Source: a virus. From it: DNA of 64,000 nucleotides. The stretch lies in IMG/VR virus record IMGVR_UViG_3300028394_000034. One strand, 5' to 3'. This document shows positions 46,180 to 55,560 of this stretch, piece after piece (within the stretch, counting starts at the first letter, position 1; every line of letters begins with the position of its first letter). A program made the position numbers and the translations under genes. Under the pieces are notes generated by a model. That model saw only the letters and a list, made by a program, of their open reading frames with translations. It was not told where the DNA came from and did not search any database.

Positions 46180-46584
46180 TTATGCCTCCACTTTTTGTTT
46201 GAGTTTCATAAGTTTGTGCTTAATCTTCCATACTCCAGTTTCTTTGTTCTGAGCATCCGGCCCCATATAGATATGACAAAAGCCTTGGTGCTTGTCTAGA
46301 CCCCAAGCTTTAATTCCATCGTGGTCAAGACCCTCAACAACAAAACGACCCCTATAACCCATAGGAACAAAGTCTCCCTTGGATACAAAGTATGGGCCTC
46401 CACCAACTCTGATACGATCTCCCTTTACCAGCTCTTTCCAATTAAAGTCACGAATAATCTTGGTATTCTTTGCTTCTTTGCTCTTTGCCTTAAAAACAAA
46501 TGGAGCATTGCATTTGGGACACATATAAGCTCGCGGGCCTGTGGTAGCTCCACATTTATCACAAGCTTTTTGACCCTTACCCAT
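46180..46584 (-). CDS. Zinc-ribbon protein
   Basis: CDKCG...CPKC; own promoter at 46621-46648. Confidence 0.65.
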   Translation of the reverse strand: MGKGQKACDKCGATTGPRAYMCPKCNAPFVFKAKSKEAKNTKIIRDFNWKELVKGDRIRVGGGPYFVSKGDFVPMGYRGRFVVEGLDHDGIKAWGLDKHQGFCHIYMGPDAQNKETGVWKIKHKLMKLKQKVEA

Positions 46585-46620
46585 CTTAGTTTCTCCTGTG
46601 TTTGTTGACGTTATGTTCTA

Positions 46621-46648
46621 AGTATAGCACAGTTATCGGCAGTGTCAA
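46621..46648 (-). promoter_or_regulatory. Sigma70-type promoter
   Basis: TTGACA-ctgccgataactgtgc-TATACT. Confidence 0.7.
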
Positions 46649-46686
46649 GTGGGATTCTTTAGTGGTTCTGAGAATTTTTCAAAAAC

Positions 46687-47373
46687 TTACAGAACATCTA
46701 CATAATTTATTTTAATGTGACCATCTTTAATTGATATATATGAACATGGATGATCTGTCCAACACCCGCTATTATAGTAGTTCGTTGATTCAGAGACATC
46801 TGTTGTTGCTAAATGTGTATGTCCACAAATGATTGAATCACACTTTTTTAACGAACAGTATAATTTAGCTCTTTCACAAACTTCCTGAGAACATCTTAAA
46901 AAGGTTTTGCTGCTACGTTTAGCAAGATTAGAATAGTATAGCCCGGCATATATCTGTAGCCACCTATAAATATAGTCAGCTATTTTCGTTAGTCTAGGAT
47001 ATTTAGAAATAACATTATCGAAAATATCTCCATGCAGGATCAATATCTTTTCATCTCCACTAATAAAACTATACTCATTCATGAAATCAACGCCAATCAA
47101 ATGACTCACCATATCGGCAGGCCCATCGTGATTACCACTAATCCAGATAACTTTAATAGTGTCAGATATTTTACGGATTTGAGAAAGTATTTTCCAGTGA
47201 TCCTTTTTCAGTTTACGAAAATCCCAACTATCAAACAAATCACCATTAATTATCAAAGTATCAGTATCGGTTTCTCCAAGTTCAATCCTAGACAGAAAAG
47301 ATGCCAGAGTTTTAGCTTGACAAACATTGCTTCCCAAATGAATATCGCTAATAACTATAGCATCAAAAGTCAT
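46687..47373 (-). CDS. LpxH-like metallophosphoesterase
   Basis: ISDIHLG, NGDLFD, GNHD, LHGD, CGHTH, NSGCW. Confidence 0.8.
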   Translation of the reverse strand: MTFDAIVISDIHLGSNVCQAKTLASFLSRIELGETDTDTLIINGDLFDSWDFRKLKKDHWKILSQIRKISDTIKVIWISGNHDGPADMVSHLIGVDFMNEYSFISGDEKILILHGDIFDNVISKYPRLTKIADYIYRWLQIYAGLYYSNLAKRSSKTFLRCSQEVCERAKLYCSLKKCDSIICGHTHLATTDVSESTNYYNSGCWTDHPCSYISIKDGHIKINYVDVL

Positions 47374-47780
47374 AGTATGTATCCTTGTCTTTCTGCTTCT
47401 TTATCTGAAAAAGTTTTCATCCAAGCTGGAATAATGTCTCCTGTTACCTCGTCTTTCTTTTGCTTTCTTAATTTGCCTTTTTCTCCAGTATGTTCGCAAA
47501 TGCTATAACTCATACTTTCTGTCATCCATGTAGCTCCACGGATAAATTCATCACCACCATAATAGTAAGCTCGTAATCCACCAAACTTTTCTTTAATTTG
47601 ACTCCACCAAAAAAAATCTAGCGAATCATTAATTCTTTTTTTATAGTCTAGGTGATTATTCACTATATAGCAAAGTTTATCCAAAATATCATACCAACCA
47701 TCATCACACTCAATCCATTTAAGATTCTTGAATTGTTCTGGATATTTTTCTATTAGTTTATTTTGAAGATCAAGATTCAT
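47370..47780 (-). CDS. Conserved phage hypothetical protein
   Basis: ECDDGW...QIKEKFGGLRAY motif. Confidence 0.65.
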   Translation of the reverse strand: MNLDLQNKLIEKYPEQFKNLKWIECDDGWYDILDKLCYIVNNHLDYKKRINDSLDFFWWSQIKEKFGGLRAYYYGGDEFIRGATWMTESMSYSICEHTGEKGKLRKQKKDEVTGDIIPAWMKTFSDKEAERQGYIL

Positions 47781-48039
47781 AATCTACCTTATGAATAATT
47801 TTTGTCCCTAAATGAGCATTACTAAGTTCTCCTTCATTATTTATGGCTTCTTTACAAAGTCTTTCAAATTCTTTTCGGTCAATCTTTCGACCGTCAACAA
47901 TAGTTTCTTCAAGATGTTTCTGTGTTAATTCTTCTGGCTTATCACAGTAAACTGTATCATAAGCGTGTTCAAGACTCTTAGCCTCAATAACATACTTATG
48001 ACGAAATAGAGAAACAGTATTAACTTCAAATAGTGGCAT
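47770..48039 (-). CDS. Hypothetical protein
   Basis: ORF track. Confidence 0.6.
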   Translation of the reverse strand: MPLFEVNTVSLFRHKYVIEAKSLEHAYDTVYCDKPEELTQKHLEETIVDGRKIDRKEFERLCKEAINNEGELSNAHLGTKIIHKVDYES

Positions 48040-48040
48040 A

Positions 48041-48301
48041 TTAAAATTTCCTTTTTTTATCTTCTGATTTTTTATCTGGATCTGGGATAATTGTTAGAAT
48101 ATCATTTCTAAAAGTTGTCATATAGCTTTGAGAAATTTTTCTTTTTACTAAACCTTCTTCTTCAATTTGAGTATAAACATTAATTCTAAAATAGTCATGA
48201 AAAACATTAACAAACTTAGTCATTAAATGATTCTTGGGCTTTTCTACCTGTAGAAACAAAAGGTTTTCAATCTCATACTCATTAAATGCTCTATTTGTCA
48301 T
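48041..48301 (-). CDS. Hypothetical protein
   Basis: ORF track. Confidence 0.6.
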   Translation of the reverse strand: MTNRAFNEYEIENLLFLQVEKPKNHLMTKFVNVFHDYFRINVYTQIEEEGLVKRKISQSYMTTFRNDILTIIPDPDKKSEDKKRKF

Positions 48302-48516
48302 CTAGCTCTCCTGTTTGCTCTATCTAAAATCCTAATAGTTTCTTTGGCATTACTTGGCACCATAACTAAACTTGGTGCAGTTTTGTGTCCCCAATCCATG
48401 AATCCAACAGCCTTCTTTTCTGCTGAACATTCCTTACAAACGATATTCCGATTAGTCTCAATCAAAAACTCGTATCTTTCAACACCAACACAATTCTTGC
48501 AATAAATACAGTTCAT
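48298..48516 (-). CDS. C4 zinc-finger protein, TraR/DksA-like
   Basis: CIYC...ERYEFL...CKEC; own promoter at 48553-48580. Confidence 0.45.
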   Translation of the reverse strand: MNCIYCKNCVGVERYEFLIETNRNIVCKECSAEKKAVGFMDWGHKTAPSLVMVPSNAKETIRILDRANRRAR

Positions 48517-48552
48517 TAAGCCTCCAATAGAAAAGATCGGTGAACGCTCTCT

Positions 48553-48580
48553 TTTATATCATAGCTATCGGCGTTGTCAA
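48553..48580 (-). promoter_or_regulatory. Sigma70-type promoter
   Basis: TTGACA-acgccgatagctatga-TATAAA. Confidence 0.6.
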
Positions 48581-49024
48581 TGGTTCAATCTTAATAGTTT
48601 TGGTGGGACAGACAAAGTTTCCATTATCGTCACTATAATATATTTCATTAAGACCCACAGCATTTAATAGTTTAGAACAATTAATACACGGCTTACTTCC
48701 TAGAATCAGTCCTTGTCTGTTAATACGCAGTACACAAATTGCCCAATTAGGATCAATGGTATTATAGCGATCAAGTAGTTTAGATATAAGATGAGATTCA
48801 CTGTGAACATAAGGATACTCCAGATATTTGGGGATATTAAATCTTTTCCCAATCCTAAATGCTTTGGTACTCATTTTAATGGGATTATTTTGTGCAAACT
48901 CAATCATTTTGGTTCCATCAAAAGCAGCAGCATAATGATAACAACGTACAAGAGAGTTAGGTTGCCAATTTTCGTATGATTTCTTAATTGTTTTTTGAAT
49001 TATCTTCATGATTTTTTTTATCAA
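48554..49024 (-). CDS. Cytidine/dCMP deaminase-like zinc-dependent protein
   Basis: HSE ... PCINC deaminase motifs. Confidence 0.7.
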   Translation of the reverse strand: MIKKIMKIIQKTIKKSYENWQPNSLVRCYHYAAAFDGTKMIEFAQNNPIKMSTKAFRIGKRFNIPKYLEYPYVHSESHLISKLLDRYNTIDPNWAICVLRINRQGLILGSKPCINCSKLLNAVGLNEIYYSDDNGNFVCPTKTIKIEPLTTPIAMI

Positions 49025-49166
49025 AAACTAACGGAGTATATATGTCATCATTATTTTGACCAGTAACTTCCAATTCTGTTTTATCAATTGGTAGTAGTCT
49101 ATATCTGGGTGGTTCTTTTGGTACTGGCGTTTCTGGATTTAATTTGATTCTTTTTGGTTCTCTCAT
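48984..49166 (-). CDS. Hypothetical protein
   Basis: ORF track. Confidence 0.5.
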   Translation of the reverse strand: MREPKRIKLNPETPVPKEPPRYRLLPIDKTELEVTGQNNDDIYTPLVFDKKNHEDNSKNN

Positions 49167-49177
49167 ATTAGTCTCTC

Positions 49178-49327
49178 TTATTTAGAAGCCAACATATATA
49201 ACCCGACATTTGCTGCTGCATATCCCATATACGCAATAAACATACCATAATTATTATGTAGATAACCTTGCTCTATAGCTATGTAAAGATAAATTACGCC
49301 AGTAATAAGAATAAGATTAGCTGACAT
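49178..49327 (-). CDS. Small membrane protein (49 aa)
   Basis: Not in track: MSANLILITGVIYLYIAIEQG...AYMGYAAANVGLYMLASK. Confidence 0.6.
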   Translation of the reverse strand: MSANLILITGVIYLYIAIEQGYLHNNYGMFIAYMGYAAANVGLYMLASK

Positions 49328-50237
49328 TTGAAATCTCTCTTGTTAAAAGTTCACTATACTCTGCAATAGCCAAGTCTTTAGCTTTCAACTCCATATCAAG
49401 ATCAAATTCTAATCCATAAGTATTTAGGGGTTTTACTGCATAATCTGCGTGTTTACGAGGATTATTTCCTAGTGAGGATTCACTATAATGAAAAAGAGGT
49501 TTAGTTTGCCAAGTTTCCCAACACATATTAATAGCATCATTTTCTGATAAATTATTAGGATGACATTTGTGATGCAGATAATCGAAACAGATGGGGATTC
49601 GTGTGATTGGATGAAAAATATCTACCAACTCTTTGACGCTCCAACAATTTAACTTATCATCGTTCTCTATAGTAATACGAGCCTGACAATTTTCGTCAAG
49701 TTTTTTGAAGTTATTATAAAACCTATGGGAGATTTCTTCCCTAGTACCATTATTATTATGGATATGAAAATTCATGGGTGATCTACGGTCTGCTGGCAAT
49801 CCAATTCTGTCAAAGAAACTACTGTAGAAGTTGAGTTCTGTGATAGTTTTTTCTACAACCTTTTCATTTAGACTTGACAAACTATTAAACTCACTAGGAT
49901 GAGCAGAAACCCGTACACTGGTAGAGGATATACTCTGTGCAATATTATCAAACTCGTCTTGAATAGAATCATAATTAGGCAAATCTTCAAGATTTACATT
50001 AGCTTCGTCATAAGTAATTAGTGGGAAAATATCACTACTAACACGATAAACATAGTTATTTTCTGCACAAAATTGGATAGTCTTGTCAGTAACCATCAGA
50101 TTATTTTGGATTCTTGATCCAAGAATTTCTAATGCTTCTTCTCTTGGTAGAGAATTAAAACGCTTATAGGTCATAGTCTGATGACCAAAACCTTGATCTT
50201 TAAGTTTGAGCGAAATACAACACAATCCGAATCTCAT
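49317..50237 (-). CDS. uvsE: UV damage endonuclease (UvsE/UvdE)
   Basis: MRFGLCC, YRVSSDIFP, RVSAHP, IEND, CFDYLHH, HYS, HAD, MELKAKD. Confidence 0.9.
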   Translation of the reverse strand: MRFGLCCISLKLKDQGFGHQTMTYKRFNSLPREEALEILGSRIQNNLMVTDKTIQFCAENNYVYRVSSDIFPLITYDEANVNLEDLPNYDSIQDEFDNIAQSISSTSVRVSAHPSEFNSLSSLNEKVVEKTITELNFYSSFFDRIGLPADRRSPMNFHIHNNNGTREEISHRFYNNFKKLDENCQARITIENDDKLNCWSVKELVDIFHPITRIPICFDYLHHKCHPNNLSENDAINMCWETWQTKPLFHYSESSLGNNPRKHADYAVKPLNTYGLEFDLDMELKAKDLAIAEYSELLTREISNVS

Positions 50238-50255
50238 AGTTCCTCCGTTTGCAAG

Positions 50256-50284
50256 ATTATATCACAGTATCGTCAAATTGTCAA
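50256..50284 (-). promoter_or_regulatory. Sigma70-type promoter (uvsE)
   Basis: TTGACA-atttgacgatactgtga-TATAAT. Confidence 0.78.
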
Positions 50285-50298
50285 CTGTGACTTGAGAA

Positions 50299-50940
50299 TT
50301 ATTCGTACTCAGCGAGTAATGCTTGTCGAATAGGATCGGTTAAATTATTTCTATCTAGATAGAAAGATAAATTAGGATTAAAAGTATTTGGCATATGCTC
50401 TAATACTCTTTGTGAATAGATAGGATTTTTAGGTCTAATCCTCAATTCTCTATTTAAATGATAAGACCATAAATAAGCATTAGACGCTCTAATGTATTTA
50501 TCGACATCGAAATCTTCTATAGGACAATTCTTAACTAATTTCAAAACTCTTTTTTCACAGTCATGTTCTATTTCTAGAATATCATGTAAGCTTTGATCTA
50601 ATTGTTCATTAGTAATCTTACAATCTTTAATAAAAGCATTATGAACCAATGATGGGAAACTGATCCAGTCAAAAAGAATATCATAGGTGGACATACTTCT
50701 ATCCCATAGTTTACGATCTTCTTTCCATTGTAAAAAATGACAATATTCATGGATAAGGATTTCAAAACCCATATGGTGCTTCATAGCAACAGCAAATTCT
50801 CTTTCATGTTCATCTATAGAACACCAACCACCACAAGAATCTGGTAGCTGCTCTTTGTTATATAATAGCACAGAGAATCCATAGTCTAATAATTCTCTGA
50901 CAATTTTGATTGTTAGATTAGATTTAGTTTCCATATTCAA
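50299..50940 (-). CDS. HEXXH-motif (zincin-like) protein
   Basis: ILIHEYCH. Confidence 0.5.
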   Translation of the reverse strand: MNMETKSNLTIKIVRELLDYGFSVLLYNKEQLPDSCGGWCSIDEHEREFAVAMKHHMGFEILIHEYCHFLQWKEDRKLWDRSMSTYDILFDWISFPSLVHNAFIKDCKITNEQLDQSLHDILEIEHDCEKRVLKLVKNCPIEDFDVDKYIRASNAYLWSYHLNRELRIRPKNPIYSQRVLEHMPNTFNPNLSFYLDRNNLTDPIRQALLAEYE

Positions 50941-51112
50941 ATTGCTCTACAGAATGTATCTTAACTACTTGAAATTTAATACGATGTTGATCTTTAAATT
51001 GAAAAATAGCATCTTCTTCTGACGCTGCATCCATGACTTGATTAATTAAAAGATGTTGTCTTGAATGATCATGTAACTCATAAACTTGTGCTGTGATATT
51101 ATACATTTTCAT
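50924..51112 (-). CDS. Hypothetical protein
   Basis: ORF track. Confidence 0.55.
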   Translation of the reverse strand: MKMYNITAQVYELHDHSRQHLLINQVMDAASEEDAIFQFKDQHRIKFQVVKIHSVEQFEYGN

Positions 51113-51746
51113 TTCTCCATCCTAATGCTTCTGATACTATTGGGAATTGTTGACAAAAAATTTCTTTAGCTTCATTCGCAATAATCATATGTTCTTTTTG
51201 AGTACCATGACCAGAACGAAGTTCAATATAATGAATCCATGAGCGGACTGATCCATTAATATAAAGCCTAGTTGGAGTAGATAATGGCAATACAAATCTA
51301 GCACATTCTTTAGCGATACCATCCGATATCATACCATCATAAATAGCCTTAGCTTTAGAAAAATGCTCACGAATTCTACTATTCCATTTAACTTTAATCT
51401 CATCGGATATGTCATCAATACTATTTTGACGATTCTTAGTATCTTGTCTCCTAAGTTCAAACAATGGAATATCTTCTGCCAATAATGTTGTATCGGCATA
51501 TCTTTGTGAGAACTCTTGAAAATTAAAACTTCTATGTCTAAGAATTTGAGCGGCTATTCCTCTTGTTGTATTTAGTTCAAGACTCATGTTAGCCATTTCA
51601 AATATTGACCAATGTTTATTTTTTATACAGTATGCCAATAGCTTTGCATAATTATCTGAATCTTGATTGTTCGGGTTGCTGACCCTCGCACAATAGCTCA
51701 TAAGTTTTTCTGCGTCGGGAGTGACGCTAATTAGTTTTACATTCAT
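51099..51746 (-). CDS. thyX: FAD-dependent thymidylate synthase
   Basis: HWSIFE, QILRHRSFNFQEFSQRY, KECARFVLP, TQKEH. Confidence 0.95.
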   Translation of the reverse strand: MNVKLISVTPDAEKLMSYCARVSNPNNQDSDNYAKLLAYCIKNKHWSIFEMANMSLELNTTRGIAAQILRHRSFNFQEFSQRYADTTLLAEDIPLFELRRQDTKNRQNSIDDISDEIKVKWNSRIREHFSKAKAIYDGMISDGIAKECARFVLPLSTPTRLYINGSVRSWIHYIELRSGHGTQKEHMIIANEAKEIFCQQFPIVSEALGWRNENV

Positions 51747-52057
51747 ATTTGATCCTCTGTATATGATATTTCAAATTCTTCTAGTGGGCAAAGTTCTTCA
51801 TCCCAAAACCCATTTTTTAGTCCGCGACCAAGAATATTTCCAGCTTTTAGCCAGATACTATTATAGTCATCAATAGTCATTCTCTTTATGGTTCTTCCCC
51901 AATCGCATATTGTAGCGTCAAAAACTTCTGTACCAGCATCAAACCATTCATCTGTCTTAGAAACAAACTTAATGTATTTCATTATTCTTCCAATAATTAG
52001 TAATCTTATTCCATATCGGAGTAAAAAAGTATACTGCAATAAAACTAACAATACCAC
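51743..52057 (-). CDS. Hypothetical protein
   Basis: Likely starts at the internal MKYIKF. Confidence 0.5.
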   Translation of the reverse strand: MVLLVLLQYTFLLRYGIRLLIIGRIMKYIKFVSKTDEWFDAGTEVFDATICDWGRTIKRMTIDDYNSIWLKAGNILGRGLKNGFWDEELCPLEEFEISYTEDQI

Positions 52058-52152
52058 TCACAGAAGCATTAATAATTCCAGACATAGTTAGTGCTGGAAT
52101 TACTGGTATCATTTGAGTTTTAGTTTCGTCTTTATTTTCCATCTTTATTCCC

Positions 52153-52536
52153 TTACATCATGTATGATTCCCAAAGCTCTTTTGGGATCAATATTTTATA
52201 GTCAATAGTTAGTTCTTCATTTTGTTTGATATCCCTAGATGCAACACAAGAATTTTCATCTTGTTCTATGATATTAGGATCGTTTGAATGATTCACAAAC
52301 CTACTATCGTCTATAGGAATTAAATAGTTTCCATCGTCATCTAGCCAATAATAATCTTTCTGTATTATAAAATCTTTTTCTATCTGTGATAATTCTTTAT
52401 ATTGGTTAGGACTAATTTTAAATGATGAAATACTGGTCATTTTCCATATTGAATCACCCTTTAGAATATCTTGATCTGCAAATAAGCCTATTCCAGATAT
52501 TAAGCTTCTATCTAACTTAGTTTTTACTACTATCAT
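52153..52536 (-). CDS. SET-domain protein (lysine methyltransferase-like)
   Basis: SLISGIGLFA, RFVNHS, ASRDIKQNEELTIDY. Confidence 0.85.
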   Translation of the reverse strand: MIVVKTKLDRSLISGIGLFADQDILKGDSIWKMTSISSFKISPNQYKELSQIEKDFIIQKDYYWLDDDGNYLIPIDDSRFVNHSNDPNIIEQDENSCVASRDIKQNEELTIDYKILIPKELWESYMM

Positions 52537-53036
52537 AATCTATCAAACCTCTTTGTTTTAGTCTCCCACCAAAACGAAACCATATGCTCATCTCCATTAA
52601 AATATACTGGACAAAAATCTGGACGAAAAATACTATTAAGATCACAAGCTACACAAGTAAAAAATAATTGTGATCTTGGATAGCCATAATCTAAAAGCTT
52701 TTTCTCTATTTTTCTAAAGTTGTTTCCACTAAGACATCCACTATCTATTACTATTAATGAATAATATGGGTCTAATTGATCTGGATGAATAAAGGCTTCA
52801 AATTCATTTTTGTAAGGAATATTAACTGGCTCTACGTCTATTGGCTCATCTTTGTTAGATAGTTTATGAGCCATTAACTGTGCCATCAATCCAGAATATT
52901 CATAGCTTAACTGCAATATTGCTATTTTACTAGCTAAGTTAATAAGACTATTCTCACGAATTTCTTGACATATTTTATCTATGCATTTAGTTTCCCATTC
53001 TCTATCAATATATAAGCTTTTAGTAGCCATAATCAC
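52533..53036 (-). CDS. Phosphoribosyltransferase-like fold protein
   Basis: LIVIDSGCLSG resembles the PRPP-binding loop. Confidence 0.4.
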   Translation of the reverse strand: MIMATKSLYIDREWETKCIDKICQEIRENSLINLASKIAILQLSYEYSGLMAQLMAHKLSNKDEPIDVEPVNIPYKNEFEAFIHPDQLDPYYSLIVIDSGCLSGNNFRKIEKKLLDYGYPRSQLFFTCVACDLNSIFRPDFCPVYFNGDEHMVSFWWETKTKRFDRL

Positions 53037-53271
53037 TCACTGTAAATTTAGCATATTCTTTTTCTTCTTTGAACTTAAGTTGATATTCAACAAACTTATC
53101 TTGTGTAATATGGTTGAAAATTGCAGTAGCTACTCTACTAACACTTTTTGCTACTCCACTAGCGTCAGGCCCATCGTTTAATTTAGCCCAATAATAAAGA
53201 CCATCCTCCTTGTCTTTAATGATTTCATAGCCTTTTTCTTTAGCCCACTTTTTGATTTCTGAAATCATCAT
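53020..53271 (-). CDS. Hypothetical protein
   Basis: ORF track. Confidence 0.55.
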   Translation of the reverse strand: MMISEIKKWAKEKGYEIIKDKEDGLYYWAKLNDGPDASGVAKSVSRVATAIFNHITQDKFVEYQLKFKEEKEYAKFTVSDYGY

Positions 53272-53660
53272 TTTTGCATTTGCTCCTCATAAGATATTCT
53301 TTTCTTATGTTCAAAACCCATAGAAAATCCTTGCATATAAACAGTCTTGAGTAGACGAGAATTTTCTCCAATAAATTGTCTGTTGTCTTTCGCCCAAAGA
53401 ACAAAACTCTTTTCTTCGTCACAAATATCGGACAAATCTGGATAATAAATTTCATCAAACCACAAATAGTGTTTTTGTAGCATAGTATCCAATGCTATAA
53501 ATACTGGTGGTTTTGGATCATAATTATGTTCTATTTGAGATATAACAAGTTCATCCATGAATACATTAACAATCTTGTCTCCAACCTTTAATCCCATAGC
53601 CAAATCAAGACGCATCACTAGTCTCCTTAGTAAATTGATCCATATAAGAATTGTAAGCAT
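53268..53660 (-). CDS. Hypothetical protein
   Basis: ORF track; probable internal start MRLDL. Confidence 0.55.
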   Translation of the reverse strand: MLTILIWINLLRRLVMRLDLAMGLKVGDKIVNVFMDELVISQIEHNYDPKPPVFIALDTMLQKHYLWFDEIYYPDLSDICDEEKSFVLWAKDNRQFIGENSRLLKTVYMQGFSMGFEHKKRISYEEQMQK

Positions 53661-53805
53661 CTTCTAAGTTTTCAATAAGCTTAAATTTCCAGATAGGAGC
53701 ATCTGCCCACTCTGTACTTTCATCAATACTTTCAATCAAACATTGAAGTGCTTTTTCTGTTCCTATTGTTTCTAGTGCTTTTTTAATTTGATCTTTGTTG
53801 GTCAT
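53605..53805 (-). CDS. Hypothetical protein
   Basis: ORF track. Confidence 0.55.
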   Translation of the reverse strand: MTNKDQIKKALETIGTEKALQCLIESIDESTEWADAPIWKFKLIENLEDAYNSYMDQFTKETSDAS

Positions 53806-53808
53806 TTT

Positions 53809-54141
53809 TTACCTCTTATACAAATAACTTCCTGCCCAATCACATTCTTCCAATAGTTTATCAAAATCAGCAAACAAATTATATCTAACATCTTTATATG
53901 GAGCAGAGTAACTTGCTGGCTTATATATGTCTCCAGTAATCTTATTCACAAAAGCATGGGTAGTTTCAACACCCTCCCATACCTGAGTAATCTTGTAATA
54001 TTTGTTATTTTCCTTGAAAAAATAATAAACCGTTTGTTCATCACCATACGTTTGTTTCTTGGCTTTTTCTTCTAAAACATCTAGCCAAATATGTATACGA
54101 TCATAAAAATTAAGTTGAGTTTTATTTGTAGTAATATTCAC
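53809..54141 (-). CDS. Conserved phage hypothetical protein
   Basis: KYYKI...HAFVNK.TGDIYKPASYSAP motif. Confidence 0.6.
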   Translation of the reverse strand: MNITTNKTQLNFYDRIHIWLDVLEEKAKKQTYGDEQTVYYFFKENNKYYKITQVWEGVETTHAFVNKITGDIYKPASYSAPYKDVRYNLFADFDKLLEECDWAGSYLYKR

Positions 54142-54238
54142 CAGAGTAATCCTAATAGATAACCTAGACTAAAAAACATAGTAATACTTAAAACAAGCTC
54201 AATTAGTAAAGCTAAATCCCATTTCATACAGTGTCTCC

Positions 54239-54267
54239 ATTATATCTTATCGACTACCCTTTGTCAA
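54239..54267 (-). promoter_or_regulatory. Sigma70-type promoter
   Basis: TTGACA-aagggtagtcgataaga-TATAAT. Confidence 0.78.
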
Positions 54268-54271
54268 GACT

Positions 54272-54487
54272 TCAAGCAAAACCAATTCTTTGCTTTGTCG
54301 TAGATAATGTACTCTCAATCTCATAGTCGGCAAAAGACTTGCAATCATAACTTCGCCCGTTCCACCAACCAATTTCATAACTAATAGAATTATTTCCACG
54401 AATATTGATTCCTGTTACTTTGCCGAATACATCTTCGGCTAACTTAACATCAGTACCAATAGCAAAAACTTCTGTCTTATCCTTCAT
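54272..54487 (-). CDS. Hypothetical protein
   Basis: ORF track. Confidence 0.55.
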   Translation of the reverse strand: MKDKTEVFAIGTDVKLAEDVFGKVTGINIRGNNSISYEIGWWNGRSYDCKSFADYEIESTLSTTKQRIGFA

Positions 54488-54705
54488 TTGATTCTCCCTA
54501 AAAAGTAACTGAAACTACAACACCATGTAAAAAGAGTTAAACAAACTATTGTTCCTAAAATATGAATTGAGTAGTTATTGGGATTATTTAAAAGTCCAAG
54601 AACTAAGCTCACAAAACAACCAGTCATCATATAAACAAGAAAAGACTTTAAAGAAAAGTTAATAGATGAACCAAGAGCTTTAAAAATACTCAATAAAAAA
54701 TTCAC
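54484..54705 (-). CDS. Membrane protein
   Basis: Two hydrophobic segments. Confidence 0.5.
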   Translation of the reverse strand: MNFLLSIFKALGSSINFSLKSFLVYMMTGCFVSLVLGLLNNPNNYSIHILGTIVCLTLFTWCCSFSYFLGRIK

Positions 54706-54837
54706 TGTTATGGTTCCATCTGTTCATTCAGAGAAATAATTTCGCTTTTAAGAGATTCTATCTCATCTTTTTGTTCTTCTATTATTTTTTCTAGATGATT
54801 AATATAGGTATCAATATCGAAAAATGGATTAGCTTTA

Positions 54838-55050
54838 TCAGTCTGATTCATGTTCCCATATCCTCTCCAGATGATTTAGCAACCTATCTGCTTTGGTATC
54901 ATTATAAAAGCAGTCTAGGTCTGTGGCAACAAATTCTTTATGTTTTTTAGGCCAAACCTCTGCCAAGCAATTCATTACTGTTTGACCATATCTTAACTGA
55001 TATTTTTTAAGATCATTATCAATTTTATTCCTAAACTCAGAGTAACTCAT
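54838..55050 (-). CDS. Hypothetical protein
   Basis: ORF track. Confidence 0.55.
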   Translation of the reverse strand: MSYSEFRNKIDNDLKKYQLRYGQTVMNCLAEVWPKKHKEFVATDLDCFYNDTKADRLLNHLERIWEHESD

Positions 55051-55262
55051 GGTTTTTTCTTTTTCAAAAAGGAAACAATATCCCCAGCAGTATTAGGAAC
55101 AGTATTACCACCAAGATAATATTGTCCAGTAATCTGAATCATTTCATCCAAAGTCTTTTGAGCATTATACATTCTCGCCCACTTTGGCTTGTATTCCATC
55201 TTCATATAATTCCACACACTATTATAGAAATCACAAATAGCTTGATTAACTGACTCGTTCAT
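55047..55262 (-). CDS. Hypothetical protein
   Basis: ORF track. Confidence 0.55.
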   Translation of the reverse strand: MNESVNQAICDFYNSVWNYMKMEYKPKWARMYNAQKTLDEMIQITGQYYLGGNTVPNTAGDIVSFLKKKKP

Positions 55263-55265
55263 AAT

Positions 55266-55391
55266 TTATTCCTGTACTTTAGTTCCCATATCATAAGGAT
55301 ATCCATCTTCTATTTCTTCACTATAAGTATCTTCGTAGTGATTATCCCACCAAGGAATTTTAGTATCTGGTAATTCGTTAAAGTTGAACAT
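55266..55391 (-). CDS. Small acidic protein, copy 1 (41 aa)
   Basis: Not in track: MFNFNELPDTKIPWWDNHYEDTYSEEIEDGYPYDMGTKVQE. Confidence 0.65.
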   Translation of the reverse strand: MFNFNELPDTKIPWWDNHYEDTYSEEIEDGYPYDMGTKVQE

Positions 55392-55560
55392 ATTTTAGTA
55401 TAGTTAGGATTCTTCGTGCCAACGCAGCCCCACCAACAATCCTACCATCATTATAATCTTCACCATATCCAGAAGTAGACTCATGATCTTTTTGTTCTTT
55501 AATCTTTCGATTACACAATTTGATAATTTCAAGTATATTAGCTTTTTCTATTTCGTTCAT
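55378..55560 (-). CDS. Hypothetical protein (paralog of 57787-57963)
   Basis: YNDGRIVGGAALARRIL vs YEDGQVMGRSTLAETIL. Confidence 0.55.
   Translation of the reverse strand: MNEIEKANILEIIKLCNRKIKEQKDHESTSGYGEDYNDGRIVGGAALARRILTILKYVQL

Noticed and set aside
50871-50879. Exact match to spacer CAGAGAATC
   Set aside because: A single 9-mer is expected by chance in 64 kb, and the flanking bases do not match the partner spacer.
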